This document shows positions 41,747-53,714 of a DNA stretch of 64,000 bases, piece by piece. The position numbers and the translations under genes are program-made. The stretch covers positions 13,315 to 77,314 of the forward strand of contig CAIVSN010000142.1 in the NCBI GenBank assembly GCA_903908595.1, given 5' to 3'. Each line of letters begins with the position of its first letter. The first letter of the stretch is position 1. The notes under the pieces were generated by a model. It worked only from the letters and a program-made list of their open reading frames with translations, was not told the origin of the DNA and made no database searches. The DNA comes from an uncultured bacterium (lineage in GTDB: Bacteria > Patescibacteriota > Gracilibacteria > BD1-5 > UBA2023).

Positions 41747-42670
41747 CTATTCGAATTTACCGAAGCGGAGGAGTTCGGGGGCATCCCGCCTCGGCTTTCA
41801 TTCGACAATGACGTCGCCCAGCTCTATCGTGCCTTCTTTGGTTACCACATGAATTCGGCCGCCGGCGGTCGTCCGGAAGCTACCGGGCGTCAGTGCGGAG
41901 GGATCCGACGCCACCACCGTGCAACCGCAAATCTTGATTCGCTTCCCGTCCAGCACCGTCCAAGCCCCCGGCCAAGTAGTGCAGGCCTGCCATCGCCGGT
42001 AAACCTCCGTCGCGGTCATTTCCGCCCAAAGGATCCGGCCATTGTCTTTCTCGAACTTCTTGGTATAGGTCGCGAGCGAATGGTCCTGTTCCACGATGGA
42101 AATTCTGTGGTCCGCATGCTTCCGGAGCGCGGAAAGCAGCGAATTTCCGGAAATTTTCGCGAATTTCGCAAACAGCGTATCGCTGGTTTCTTCCGGATCG
42201 ATGGCAATGGCGGTCATCTCCAGGATTCCGCCCTCGTCCATGCCGGCGGTCATTTCCATGATGGTGACCCCCGTTTCTTTTTCCCCTTCCAGCAACGCCG
42301 ACTGTATCGGGGAAGCCCCCCGGTACTTCGGCAAAAGCGAGCCGTGGACGTTCACGGGGAGACGCTTCGGCAGAGCGAGGATTTCGACCGGGAGAATCCT
42401 TCCGTACGCAACCACGACAAGGTAGTCCACTTCGAATTTTTGCAGTTCGGCAAGGAATTCCGGATTATTCCGTATTTTTTCGGGGCGGTACAGCGGCAAG
42501 CCGCTCTCCATGGCGAGCCGGGATACCGGGCTCGCCGTCATGTCCGCGTGGCGGCCGACCGGGCGATCCGGCTGGCTCACGGCGTACGCTACCTCGACGT
42601 CGTCGGCCGCGAGGCAATCCCGGAGCACTGCGGCCGAGAGTTCGGGGGTTCCGAAAAATCCTATTTTCAT
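41747..42670 (-). CDS. fmt: Methionyl-tRNA formyltransferase
   Basis: 'KIGFFGTPE', 'SQPDRPVGR', 'VVAYGRILP', 'NVHGSLLPKYRGASPIQ'. Confidence 0.95.
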
Positions 42671-44499
42671 GCGGTTATCATGTGATTGAATTGCGAATCT
42701 CAACGGGTCAGCCGCAGCACGACTCCCCCGTACGGCGTTCCGGATCCGTCGGTCAGGGTCTTCTGGGAACGGACGTTCCGGAGCGTGACTCCGGTCATGG
42801 TTCCGGGAAAACCGATGGTCGTCGGGAATCTCGTCCCGGAAACTTCGGTATCGAGGGGATACACGAGAAAAATGTTCTTTTGGACGGCATCGTCCACGGG
42901 AATCACCTGCTGGGGAAGATCGAATGTCCCCGAGAGGGTGAAGGCCAGGGAAGGCGTGGAACTCGTCCGTATTTCGCGCTTGTAGGTGCGGTTTTCGGAT
43001 ACCAGCGCATACCCGGGCTTGGTCGATCCGGAATAGGAAAGGGTTCCGATTTTCGTCGCCCAATCGTAATCCATCAGTACGGGATTGGACGTCCGATAGG
43101 TATTGAGATTGACGATGATTCCCCGTTTGTCTTTGGAAAACTGCATGGAGTAGTCGGAAATGGTGCCTTCCCACACTTCCCGGTCGAGATCCTGGATGAG
43201 ATTGCCTATTCGCGACTGGACGTAGGAATTTTTGGCGGACTCCCCGAGCGAGGAAAAAATCTTGTACCCCGTAACGGAAATGAGGGAAATCAGCGTCATG
43301 ACAATCAGGAGTTCCACCAGGGAAAATCCGGATTTCGCGGGGTGCTTCAGGGAAAGGATCTTGGTGATGAACACGATGACCAGGACCAGTGCCACGAACA
43401 GGATGATTTTGCCGATTTTGTCGAGGAACACCGCGGAAATCCCAAAAAACAACGCGATGGAGTACACGAAATTCCGAATGAACGCGTCCGACATGCCAAT
43501 CGCCTTGAGCCGGTAGTGCAGATGGTGGATCCGATCGCCCTTGAGGGGATTTTTCCCGTTGAAAATCCTGGCGAAAATGACATAGATGGCATCTACCAGA
43601 TATACCCCCAGCGCCGTGGCGACGGTGGCAATCTTCCCGCCTACCAGGATGGCGAGCGACGCGATCATGAACGCGAGAAACATCGTCCCGCTGTCCCCGA
43701 GCAGCATCTTCGGGGTCAGGTTGTAATACCAGGCCCATATCAGCGGAGGAATGACGATGGCCAGTACCCCGAATACGAAAATGGAGTTCTGTCGGAGCGC
43801 CGGCGTGGTGTCGAGCAGATAGAATCGGATGGTAGAGATCAGGATCACGAACAGGGTGATCGTGGTAAGGCCCACCGTAAGTCCGGGAACCCCGTCGCTC
43901 CAGTTGACGCTGTTGAACACCAGGACGTACCAGAAAACGGTGAAAAAGAGCGGGATGAGGAACACCTCGTACCCGAACAGGGACACCGAGAAAAAATCGA
44001 GGTACAGGATGCCCCCGAAAATATTGGAAACGTAGCTGATCTTGATGCTCGTCAATCCGATGATGAGCCCCACCAGCACCTGCATGGCCAGTCGGACTTT
44101 CGGAGAAATGGCAAAGCCGGTCTTCCGGGTCCTGGAAAGCTCTTCGGTCGAGGTTCTCGGCTTCGTCTTCTCGTCCCGGTCGAACTTGAAGATCGTGTCG
44201 AGGTCGTCGACGAAGCTCAAACCCGTAACGATGCCTCACAGGACGGCCAGCACGATCAGCTTGTCGCTGAGTTCGAGGAGTCCCGCCAGGATGGAAATGC
44301 CGGAAATCAGGAGAAAATTCAGATAGAGCAGGAGTCAGAAACCGAACGGGACGGGTTCCCGGTCGTGACCGTACGGCGCCGGATTGTCGAGCAGCCCGTA
44401 CTTGCGGAAAATTCTGGCCCCGAAAAAAAACATAAGGTAGCTTCCCGCGAACGAAAGGGTCGCGATGGAAAGAAACGTTATCGGATTGGCCAACAGCAT
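42661..44499 (-). CDS. MraY/WecA-family glycosyl-1-phosphate transferase fused to a type IV pilin-like domain, ~612 aa
   Basis: 'SFVDD', 'NSVNWSDGVPGL', 'LLGDSG', 'DRIHHLHYRL', then in frame 'KSG|FSLVELLIVMTLISLISV'. Confidence 0.85.
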
Positions 44500-44501
44500 G
44501 G

Positions 44502-45254
44502 TTATTTTTGTAATTCTTCTTGCAATTCCTTTTGCTTGTCGCGCACGTATTCCATGAATTCCTTCCGGCGGTACGTCGCGACGTATCCGACCACGCCGAG
44601 GAATATCGCCAGGAAGAACCAGGATATCCAGTCCAACACTATATCGATATACGTCGTAAAGAAAACCCCGAGCGTCAATATGGCGAACGACCAGAGTATC
44701 GACCCGATGACGTTGTACCGCCAGAATTTGTCGTTTTTCATGGAAAACGAGCCCGCGAGAAACGGCACGAACGCTCGGGTGAAATTATGGAATTTGCCGA
44801 ACACGATGAACAGCGGGCCGTTTTTATCGATGCGCTTGGCGAGAATCTTCTGTTCGGTCTTGCCGAGCGCGAACACGTCCCCGTATTTTGCCAGGAAAGC
44901 GAGCCCGTACCTCACGCCGAGCCAGTATCCCACCCAGTTGCCCAATATCGCCCCGACGCACGCCGCGAAAACCGCCAGCAGGAAATGGGATTGCCCATAG
45001 AATCCGCCGACCACCAGCATGACCTGTTGCCCGGGCACCATGATTCCGATGACCGGAAAGGATTCGATGAAGCTCGTCAGGAACACGATGACAAAATTCC
45101 AATGGCCGAGCTGTGCGGAGAGCGCCCCTACGGCCCGGATGGCCCGTTCGGCTAAGTCGGGACGGAAAATAAAAATGCCCAATATCGCCATAAAGAACAG
45201 GCTCATGATCCCTTGGAGCCATTGGATTCAAATCGTGGGAGTTGGTTTTTTCAT
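44502..45254 (-). CDS. DedA family membrane protein
   Basis: 'FIES...PGQ', 'GAILGNWVGYWLG', 'RAFVPFLAG', 'FWRYN'. Confidence 0.88.
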
Positions 45255-45321
45255 GCATACACGATAGTGCGGAATCCAAAAAATCAACTTCTTATGCCGA
45301 ATTGGGCGAATTTCGATGGTT

Positions 45322-45522
45322 TGTACCCAACGGGAATTGGTTTTCGGTATTTTACGGTTACAGATTCGGAACAGGTTTTATTTTTCTTCTTCCGGGAGCT
45401 TATCGGGAATAAGTGACCGAAGAAAAAAATAAAAGATGTCCGAATATGTGGCTGGAAAAACCGGGAAACCAATTCCGGATCCGTAACCGTAAAATACCGA
45501 AAACCAATTCCTATTGGGTATA
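45322..45522 (+). mobile_element. MITE family A, copy 3 with an extra inverted left end
   Basis: Near-full copy followed by ~40 bp reverse complement of the left end (45481-45520). Confidence 0.78.
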
Positions 45523-45591
45523 TGAAACCATAAAAAAGAGACCCTCCTGCAAAAAAATCGAATTCCGGGAAGGATAGGAATGGGTTCGTCA

Positions 45592-47226
45592 TTACTTGAC
45601 CGTCTTCTTTTTCGAAACGTTCGGAGTCCTTGTGGGGTTTACGCTGGTTTTTGATGGCGCGACGGAAGGGGGCGCGACCTTGGCTCCAGTCATCGAAGGC
45701 GGAAGCGCCAGCGCCCCGGTTCCCACCGGTTTTACCGCACCGGTAGAGGTCGGAAGGGGAACAATGGGCGGTTTTGCGGCACCGGTACCCGTAATTGCTG
45801 GAAGCTTCGAGCCGGAGCCGGTTAAACTGACGGATCCTATGGAAGTGCGTTTCACGTTCGCGGTCGGCTTGCGCAATATGATGCCGGATCCGGTTGCGGG
45901 CGCTATGGCCACCGCTCCGGTCGATGCCAGAAGGGCTCCGGTTCATTCCGGGATTGGCGGGAGAATCGCGCCCGTGCCGGCGACGGCCGTAGCGCCGGTA
46001 AGAAACGGTACCGCCGGTACGATGGAGCCGGTGGAAACGCCGCTTCCAGCCACCGGTGGCACGGCGGTATCCGCGGGCGGAACGAGTGGGATTTTCGGCA
46101 ACTTGGGAGTTACTACGGCGACGACCGGCGGCTCCGTCACGCTCGCTTTTTCCCCTTTCAAATCCAGGATTCCGAACCCGTACAGCGAACCGACGATTCC
46201 AAGGGAAACGACCATGGCGGCCATTCCGTAGATCACCTTTTTCCTCTTGTCGAACAATTCGGACAACCCGCCCTTCCGATCCTTGGAAAGATCTTTCGCC
46301 ACGGCCTCCACGTATTCCAGCGGGATTGCCGGTACCGGTGCCGGAGCTACTGCCGAGGCGACCAACGTGGCCTCGGAAAGGGGTTCGACGGCGAAAATCT
46401 CTTCCTTCGAAGCGGCTTCGGCCACGACCTGCTCCATGGAAAGCAATACCGCGGATTGGGGAGAAGCGGTTTCCTTCGAGGATACCGGGGCAACGGAATC
46501 CGCTGTCACCGCTTGGATTTCAGCTTCGGAGGTTGCTGATCGAATCGGGGTGGGATTCGGAACCACGGCTTCCGCGACTGCCGGTTTTTCCACTACTTCG
46601 TTTTCCGATCCGAAGGAACCCATTTCCGCAATATCCTTGAAGAGGAAATCGTTCTCGAATTCCAAGTTCGGGAAGAATTCGGAACTGGCTGCCGGGGATT
46701 TTTTATCGGTGACGAGCGCCTTCGGGGCGGGAACCTCGACGGGGAACGCTTTCGTTTCCGCGATTGGAGCGGGTTCGGCGACTGGCTCTGCGGCAATCTT
46801 CGGCGCAGTAGCCGGTTCCGGTTCGATGGCCAAGGAAACGGTTGGCACCGGTTGGGAAATTTCCGTTGGCAAAGACGAAACGACGGGTGGCGCGACCTCC
46901 TTCGTTACTTGGCTTACGACGGGAGTTTCCATTGCGGCAGAAGCCGGAGCTACCGCGGGAATAGATCCGGGTTTTTTGAAACTCGCGAGCGAGAGTTTGG
47001 GCTTATGGGAAACCTCCTGGGGGGATTTGGCTTCCGGTTCGATCGCCACGGCCGGAAGGACGGCCGCTGGAGAAGCCACTGCTACGGTTTCGGGAAGAGA
47101 TGCCGGGGTTTCGGCGGTTTCGGGAAGCGATGCCGGGGTTTCGGCAATGGAAACCGGAACGCTGGCAAGCTGGTTTCCGCTCTGGATTTTTTGCTTTTTC
47201 AATGCTGAGAGATCGAGTTTGGCCAT
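45592..47226 (-). CDS. Pro/Ala-rich single-TM protein, 544 aa
   Basis: Low-complexity regions either side of one TM helix; TGA at 45943. Confidence 0.75.
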
Positions 47227-47376
47227 AGGGAAGAAAAGTACCCTCCCACTGTACGATATTTTATTTGATAAGTCAAAAAGTAGACGTTTCTCCGTTTTCT
47301 TCTTTACTTAACGAGATTTTGGATAGAATTAGCGCAACTTTTTCTGAAAGGGTTTTTTTATTTTGAACCGATTACT

Positions 47377-49176
47377 ATGCTATACCGAAATGTCGCAATC
47401 ATTGCCCACGTTGACCACGGAAAGACCACCCTCGTCGATGCCCTCCTCAAGCAGTCCGGGGTTTTCCGCGACAACGAAGCGGTAGAAGTGTGCGTCATGG
47501 ACTCCAACGACCAAGAAAAGGAGCGCGGGATTACCATCTATGCGAAAAACACTGCCGTATTCTACAAGGATGTCAAAATCAACATCGTCGATACCCCCGG
47601 GCATGCCGACTTCGGATCCGAAGTCGAGCGGGTGCTGCGGATGGTCGACTCCGTCTGCCTCGTCGTCGACGCCTACGAAGGACCGATGCCGCAGACCAAA
47701 TTCGTCCTCAAGAAGGCCCTGAGCCTCGGACTTCGGCCGATCGTCATCATCAACAAGATCGACAAGCCTACGGCGCGTCCCGACGAGGTCGTCGACATGC
47801 TCTTCGATCTCTTCGTCCAGCTCGGCGCTTCCGACGAACAGCTCGATTTTCCGGTCGTCTACGCGATTGCCCGGGAAGGGGTGGCGGTACGGAAACTCAC
47901 CGACGAGAAAGTCGACATCCACCCGATTTTCGACATCATCCTCGAACACGTCGCCGCGGCGGAGAACGATTTGGAAAAGCCGTTCCGGATGCAGATCGCG
48001 AACCTCGCCTATGACAACTATCTCGGCCGCCTCGGTATCGGACGCGTCTACGAAGGGGTCGTAAAGGCCGGACAGACCGTTACCATCCTCGGCAACGACG
48101 GTGCGAAGCGAACCGGAAAAATATCCAAGTGTTTCACCTCCCTCGGGCTCAAGCGGAACGAAGTGGCAGCAGCGGAAGCCGGAGATATCGTGACGATTGC
48201 GGGCATCGCCGACATCTACGTCGGGGAAACCGTTTCCAGCGTTCCGGATTTCGACGCCATGCCCCCGATCACCATCGACGAGCCGACGCTCAAAATGGAA
48301 TTCCGCGTCAACGATTCCCCGTTTGCCGGCAAGGAAGGCAAGTACGTGACTTCCCGCAATATCCGGGAACGCCTCGAAAAGGAATTGGAAATGAACGTGG
48401 GACTCAAGGTCGATTTCGAGGGTTCCGACGGAAACGGGTACAACGTGTCCGGGCGTGGCGAACTCCATCTCTCCGTGCTCATCGAATCGATGCGGCGGGA
48501 AGGTTTCGAACTCTGCGTCGGGGCTCCTCAAGTCATCTTCCACGAAGACGGCGGGAAAAGGCAGGAACCGATCGAGCAGGTAACGGTCTTCGTGCCGGAA
48601 GCCGACTCCGGATCCATCATCGAAGCCCTCGGGAAGCGGAAGGGCCTCATCAAGAACATGGACACCAAGAACTGAATCACGAATCTCGAATTCGAAGTAC
48701 CGACCCGTGGGCTCCTCGGGTTCCGATCCCAGTTCGTCACACAGACCAAGGGAGAAGGCATCATCTATTCCGCGTTTTCCCATTACGAGGACTACAAGGG
48801 AACGATCGAAAAACGGGAAGTCGGATCCATGATTTCCGGCGTGGGCGGCAACTCCATGGCCTACTCGCTCTGGAAGCTCGAAGAACGCGGACCGATTTTT
48901 ATCGATCCGCAGACCGAAGTTTACGAAGGGATGGTCATCGGGGAACACCTCAAGGGAGGCGACCTCGTCGTCAACCCCACCAAGAACAAGCAGCTCACCA
49001 ACATGCGGGCTTCCGGAACGGACGAAGCGGTCCGGCTCACGCCCCCGCGCAAATTCTCCCTGGAAGAAGCGCTCGACTACATTTCTTCCAACGAATACGT
49101 CGAGGTCACCCCATTGAATATCCGCCTCCGCAAGAAATGACTCACCGAAGCCGACCGCAAACGGAACGGCAAATAG
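47377..49176 (+). CDS. typA: Translational GTPase TypA/BipA
   Basis: 'AHVDHGKTT', 'DTPGHADF', 'NKID', 'GRGELHL', 'YEGMVIGE'; two TGA. Confidence 0.96.
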
Positions 49177-49470
49177 GGTGGGAACTCGGGCAAAACGCGA
49201 ACTCCTTGTCAATTTCTCCGCTCCTCGCTCTGCGTATACCCAAACGAATTTGGTTTTCGGTATTTTATGGTCATAGATTTGGAATAGATTTTATTTTTCT
49301 TCTTTTGGGAGCTTATCGGCAATAAGTGACCAAAGAAAAAAATAAAAGATATCCAAATATGTGACGAGAAAAACCGGGAAACCAATTTCGTTTGGGTATA
49401 CTTGCCAGTACGCTTCGCTACGGTGCTCGAAATTGACTTCGGATTTCATCGTTTTTCCCGAGTCCCGGGG
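49160..49470 (-). repeat. Family B copy interrupted by a family A element
   Basis: Both halves match B copy 53007-53130 in reverse orientation. Confidence 0.75.
49235..49400 (+). mobile_element. MITE family A, copy 4
   Basis: TIRs and TA duplication. Confidence 0.82.
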
Positions 49471-49499
49471 GAAGACGCGACCGGAAAAAGACAATTTTT

Positions 49500-49527
49500 T
49501 GACAAAATCCCCTCCTTCCATACAATC
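49500..49527 (+). promoter_or_regulatory. sigma70 promoter
   Basis: TTGACA-16-TACAAT upstream of CDS 49553. Confidence 0.65.
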
Positions 49528-49552
49528 TCCATCATTCTAACACCCATTCCAC

Positions 49553-49756
49553 ATGATCGTATACGCGATTAAAAACTCTACCGAGTCCAACGAAAAACTC
49601 GTTCTCCGCTACAAGAAGATGTTCTTCCAAACCCGCACTGCCAACAAGCTCAAAGCCGAAGCCCAGGAGCAACGGAAGGTAAGCCGGCGGAAAATCCGGG
49701 AAGCCGCGATCGTCCGGAATTTTTACCGAGTGGCTAACAAAAACAACGCCGCGTAG
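49553..49756 (+). CDS. rpsU: Probable 30S ribosomal protein bS21
   Basis: 67 aa basic protein, 'ESNEKLVLRYKK...SRRKIREAA'. Confidence 0.6.
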   Translation: MIVYAIKNSTESNEKLVLRYKKMFFQTRTANKLKAEAQEQRKVSRRKIREAAIVRNFYRVANKNNAA

Positions 49757-49857
49757 TTAAAACTATATTATACCACAAAAAAACAGATCTGTAACGGTCT
49801 GTTTTTTTGACCTTCGCGAAAAGATAGGATACGCTATGGAGGTCAATATAAAAACCA

Positions 49858-51006
49858 ATGCAAAATACCCCTATCGCCGATCTCCTGACCGAACTGGAAA
49901 CCCCAAAGACCCCTTTGATCGAAGGGATTGCCAGAAATCCCGAAACGCCGGCCGTTTCCCCGTTCAACACCTCCATTTCCTTCCTGTCGAACCGGATGGA
50001 AGATACCCTCCTGAACCTCGAAGAAACGCCTTCGGTGACATGGGACATGCTTTCCAGCCTCGAAGAAATACCGGTTGTCACCGAGGCAAAAACAGCGGCG
50101 ATTCCCGATATGCTCCTAAGCCTGGAAGCGTCGCCCGTCGCCCGGACGATTTTGGACGTATCGGTGGTACCGAAATCCCCGGCTTCGAACCTCGCGGCGA
50201 ACCTGAAAGCCGGACTCCGATTCCTTTCCCATTACGTAGCGGTTTCCAGTATCGTATTCGCGGTACTGCTCGTTGCGACGAATTGGTCGGCCTACTATAC
50301 GGTAGTCCTCAACTATGTAAGCCCCGGGGAAGTCCTCGCGGCGAACCAGCAGATCCAAGAAACCCTCTCCAATTCCAAAATCACCGTGTATGCCGACGAG
50401 TCCGGCACGAGCGCTTTTGAGAAGAACGAGAAGGCTGAAGATATAAAGAAGCAACTGGACGCGGAAAACATCCAAGTCGACGAAGAGCCGTTTTCCATGA
50501 AAAACCTCATCCCGACCGAGCCGAACATTTCCGCGAAATTCAATATCACCCCCTACGAAAACCGCATCATCATTCCGAAAATCGGGAAAAACATCCCTCT
50601 GGTCGATATTTCCATCACGAAGTCTTTCGATTTCGATCACATGGAAAATATCTTCATGACGGAATTGGAGAAGGGCGTGGTCCGATACCCCGGATCGGCG
50701 GCCCCCGGTGAAAAAGGCAACGCGTTCGTCTTTGGCCACTCGTCCAACTATCCTTGGATGAAAGGGAACTACAACGAAGTTTTCGCGCTCCTCGACAACG
50801 TCGAATTCGGCGATCAGATCATCGTTTTTTATAACCAGAAAAAATTCGTGTACACCGTCCGGGAGAAAAAAATCGTCCGTCCCGGGGACGTGAAAGCACT
50901 GGAAAGGAATCCCGAAGCCACCGAACTCTCGCTCATGACGTGCTGGCCCATCGGCACCACCCTCAAGCGCATGCTCGTGTTCGCCGAATTAACCGAAACC
51001 CACTAA
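49858..51006 (+). CDS. Sortase family protein
   Basis: 'GNAFVFGHSS', 'LSLMTCWP', 'KRMLVFA' His-Cys-Arg triad; TM anchor. Confidence 0.9.
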   Translation: MQNTPIADLLTELETPKTPLIEGIARNPETPAVSPFNTSISFLSNRMEDTLLNLEETPSVTWDMLSSLEEIPVVTEAKTAAIPDMLLSLEASPVARTILDVSVVPKSPASNLAANLKAGLRFLSHYVAVSSIVFAVLLVATNWSAYYTVVLNYVSPGEVLAANQQIQETLSNSKITVYADESGTSAFEKNEKAEDIKKQLDAENIQVDEEPFSMKNLIPTEPNISAKFNITPYENRIIIPKIGKNIPLVDISITKSFDFDHMENIFMTELEKGVVRYPGSAAPGEKGNAFVFGHSSNYPWMKGNYNEVFALLDNVEFGDQIIVFYNQKKFVYTVREKKIVRPGDVKALERNPEATELSLMTCWPIGTTLKRMLVFAELTETH

Positions 51007-51007
51007 C

Positions 51008-51307
51008 ATGAACTACTTCGCTTCCACGTACGGGTACGATACCGCCCCCCTCCAATCGATCCAGCAAACCGAGCTCGCGTATATCGGAGCTATCGCTGCC
51101 GCTGGTATCTTCGCGTATTTCCTGCTCCCGGTTTTTCGAAAAATGCTCGACGACCGAAAGGCGAAACGGGAAAAGAACGCGAAAAAAAATCGGATCAAGG
51201 ATCTCATCCTCATGAAGGAAATCCAGGGGGAAATCGAGACGGAAATGCGGGAGGCCCTTATTCACTCGGAACTCCGCTCCAAAAAGGAAGGGGAACCCTC
51301 AGCGTAA
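51008..51307 (+). CDS. Small single-TM hypothetical protein
   Basis: ORF starting immediately after the sortase stop. Confidence 0.65.
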   Translation: MNYFASTYGYDTAPLQSIQQTELAYIGAIAAAGIFAYFLLPVFRKMLDDRKAKREKNAKKNRIKDLILMKEIQGEIETEMREALIHSELRSKKEGEPSA

Positions 51308-51914
51308 ATTCCCGCAATCGGACGCCATCCGAATCCTGCCAGCCCAAGCTCAACGCTTGGGCGATCCGTTGCAGTTGGATATGGGATTGGCCCAAATACC
51401 GCGCGAGTTCGACGTCGTCCGGATACGCGAAAACCCGGGCGATAATGCCGTCGTTCAGCGCCGCGATATTCGCGCGGACGGCTCATTGGGAAACGTAAGA
51501 CGAGGGCTTCCTTCCGGGATCGTACACGAGGCTCGCGATGTCGATTCCCAAGGTGACGCTCGCCGTTTTCGGAAGCGAATAGCGATTTTCCCGTTGGGAA
51601 AAATACCCCAAGGAGGCATATTCCTTCCGCATGTAATCGTATACCCCCTTAACGAAGGTTCCGTTGAGGCAAAAGGTTTCCCCCGACTCCACCCGAGGTC
51701 CAATCCGGGATTGGAAAAGGGCCAGCAAATATTCCTCCCGTTTCGTTTCGGAAAGGGTTTTCAGCCATTCGGAAACGTCCGGCCTATCGAGCGTGTCGAA
51801 ATGCACGTGTCCGGGGATTTCCGAAAACGGCGTTTCCGGCTGGAAGCACGGAAAAACGAGGTCGTTCGTCCCGTCGTCGACGTATTTTATGGAATCGGTG
51901 CCAATGAGGTGCAT
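51258..51914 (-). CDS. Hypothetical protein
   Basis: ORF extended through TGA at 51483; follows rlmH. Confidence 0.55.
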
Positions 51915-51917
51915 GAA

Positions 51918-52370
51918 TTATTCGTGATGGTATTTGGATCCCTTCCATATCTCGTGCACCCGGTAAATCTGCTCCGAAAGCACCAGGAGCGCCAATCCGT
52001 GAGGCAAGGTAAACTCGGAAACGGCCAGGAGTTCCTCGGTGTGCGGCCGGAGCAATTCCCGATCCAACCCGAAGCTTCCGCCGATCACGAAAATCGGCTC
52101 GCGTCCGCCATCCCGGTATTTTTGCAATTTGGAGGAGAATTCGAGCGTCGTGCACCCCTTGCCGAATTCGTCGAGCACCCAGGCCTTTTCTCGGAGCTTG
52201 GCGAGGATTTCCACGACCCTCTGGGTTTCCTGCCGGATGACGAACGCCCGTTCCGTATGCTTCACTGGGCGGATCCGCACCCATTCGACGCTTCACTTCA
52301 GCCGTTTTTCATACATGCCCACTTCCGACGAGAAGTGGCCACCGGCATCGGCGACGTACAGGATTTTCAT
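51918..52370 (-). CDS. rlmH: 23S rRNA pseudouridine1915 N3-methyltransferase
   Basis: 'FVIGGSFGL', 'FTLPHGLALLVLSEQIYR', 'KYHH'. Confidence 0.92.
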
Positions 52371-52448
52371 ATCCCGATTGTACGAAGTACGAAAAAAACG
52401 CAAAGAGATTTTGACTCTCGCGATACTTTCAATACAATGCGCCCACTT

Positions 52449-52524
52449 GCCACTTTAGCTCAGCTGGTAGAGCAACGGTCTTGTAAACCGTGGGTCGTCG
52501 GTTCGATTCCGACAAGTGGCTCCA
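52449..52524 (+). tRNA. tRNA-Thr(TGT)
   Basis: Cloverleaf, anticodon loop CTTGTAA, CCA; TTGACT-16-TACAAT promoter upstream. Confidence 0.93.
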
Positions 52525-52591
52525 GTAATACTAACGAGCAAGGGGCTTCGGTAACGGACAATTGTCCGTATCGCGGCTTCTCTGCTTTTAT

Positions 52592-52676
52592 GGGTCGGTT
52601 CCAGAGCGGTCAAATGGGGAGGACTGTAAATCCTTTGGCTTCGCCTTCGTAGGTTCAAATCCTACCCGGCCCACCA
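52592..52676 (+). tRNA. tRNA-Tyr(GTA)
   Basis: Anticodon loop CTGTAAA, long variable arm, CCA. Confidence 0.93.
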
Positions 52677-52730
52677 TTATTCAAAACCAACGCCCCTTGG
52701 GGCAGAAACGCAGCGCAGAAAGCCATTCCC

Positions 52731-52814
52731 GCCCGGATGGTGGAATGGTAGACACGACGGTCTTAGAAGCCGTTGCCGCGAGGTGTGAGAGTTCAAGTCT
52801 CTCTCCGGGCACCA
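52731..52814 (+). tRNA. tRNA-Leu(TAG)
   Basis: Anticodon loop CTTAGAA, long variable arm, CCA. Confidence 0.93.
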
Positions 52815-52838
52815 GTCGAACTGACAACGCCGAGTCCA

Positions 52839-53000
52839 TATGCCCAATAGGAATTGATTTTCGGTATTTTACGGTTACAGATTCGGAACAGGTTGTATTT
52901 TTCTTCATTCAGGAGCTTATCAGCGATAAGCGACCGGAGAAAAAAAAGATGTCCGAATATGCGACTGGAAAAACCGGGAAACCAATTCCTATTGGGCATA
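52839..53000 (+). mobile_element. MITE family A, copy 5
   Basis: TIRs TGCCCAATAGGAATTG / CAATTCCTATTGGGCA, TA flanks. Confidence 0.8.
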
Positions 53001-53006
53001 CGTTCC

Positions 53007-53130
53007 GGGAACCTTGGCAAAACGATGAAATCCGAAGCTAAATTTGAGTACCGTAGCGAAACGTACTGGCAAGTACGTAGAGCGAGGAACGGAAAATTTG
53101 GCAAGGAGTTCGCGTTTTCCCAAGGTTCCC
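53007..53130 (+). repeat. Family B copy (uninterrupted)
   Basis: GGGAACCTTGG-AAAACG...CGTTTT-CCAAGGTTCCC. Confidence 0.78.
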
Positions 53131-53192
53131 CCGTTGGACAATACTTTACCCCGGCTCACCCGTATTAAGCGGAAGCGACAAATTTTTTTCCT

Positions 53193-53411
53193 ATGAAAAA
53201 GGATATCCACCCAAAAACGCGCAAGATCCAGATTACCTGTTCTTGCGGAAACAGCTTCGAGACCCTCAGTACCATCCGGGATCAGGAACTCAAAGTGGAA
53301 GCCTGCATGAAATGCCACCCGTTCTATACCGGGGAAAAGCGGCTCCTCAAGACCTCCAGCGTCGACAAATTCTACGCTCGCCAGAAGAAGGCAGAAGAAC
53401 TCAGGAAATAG
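53193..53411 (+). CDS. rpmE: 50S ribosomal protein L31 (Zn-binding type)
   Basis: 'MKKDIHP', CSCG, 'CMKCHPFYTG'. Confidence 0.96.
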   Translation: MKKDIHPKTRKIQITCSCGNSFETLSTIRDQELKVEACMKCHPFYTGEKRLLKTSSVDKFYARQKKAEELRK

Positions 53412-53496
53412 TTGCCACTTACGAAAAAAGCTCCGGAAACGGAGCTTTTTTCGATGTCGAGAGCAAGGGGGGGAACACCGTCATATGAATGCCCGA

Positions 53497-53710
53497 TATA
53501 CCCAACGGGAATTGGTTTTCGGTATTTTACGGTTGGAGGCCTCTGCAAAACGCGAACTCCTCGCTCATTTCTCCGCTCCTTGCGGATTCGGAACGGGTTG
53601 TATTTTTTCTTCTTTCGGGAGCTTATCGTCAATAAGTAACCGAAGAAAAAAATAAAAGGTGTCCGGATACGTGGCTGGAAAAACCAGGAAACCGATTCCC
53701 GTTTGGTATA
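53497..53710 (+). mobile_element. MITE family A, copy 6, containing a family B fragment
   Basis: ~50-bp insert 'GCAAAACGCGAACTCCTCG...TTTCTCCGCTCCTTG' at ~53534-53582. Confidence 0.78.
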
Positions 53711-53714
53711 TTTC

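Noticed and set aside
41798-44239. 813-aa ORF appearing to give fmt a long N-terminal extension
   Set aside because: The extension is an alternative frame of the mraY-pilin gene; fmt starts at the typical MKIGFFGTP (42670)
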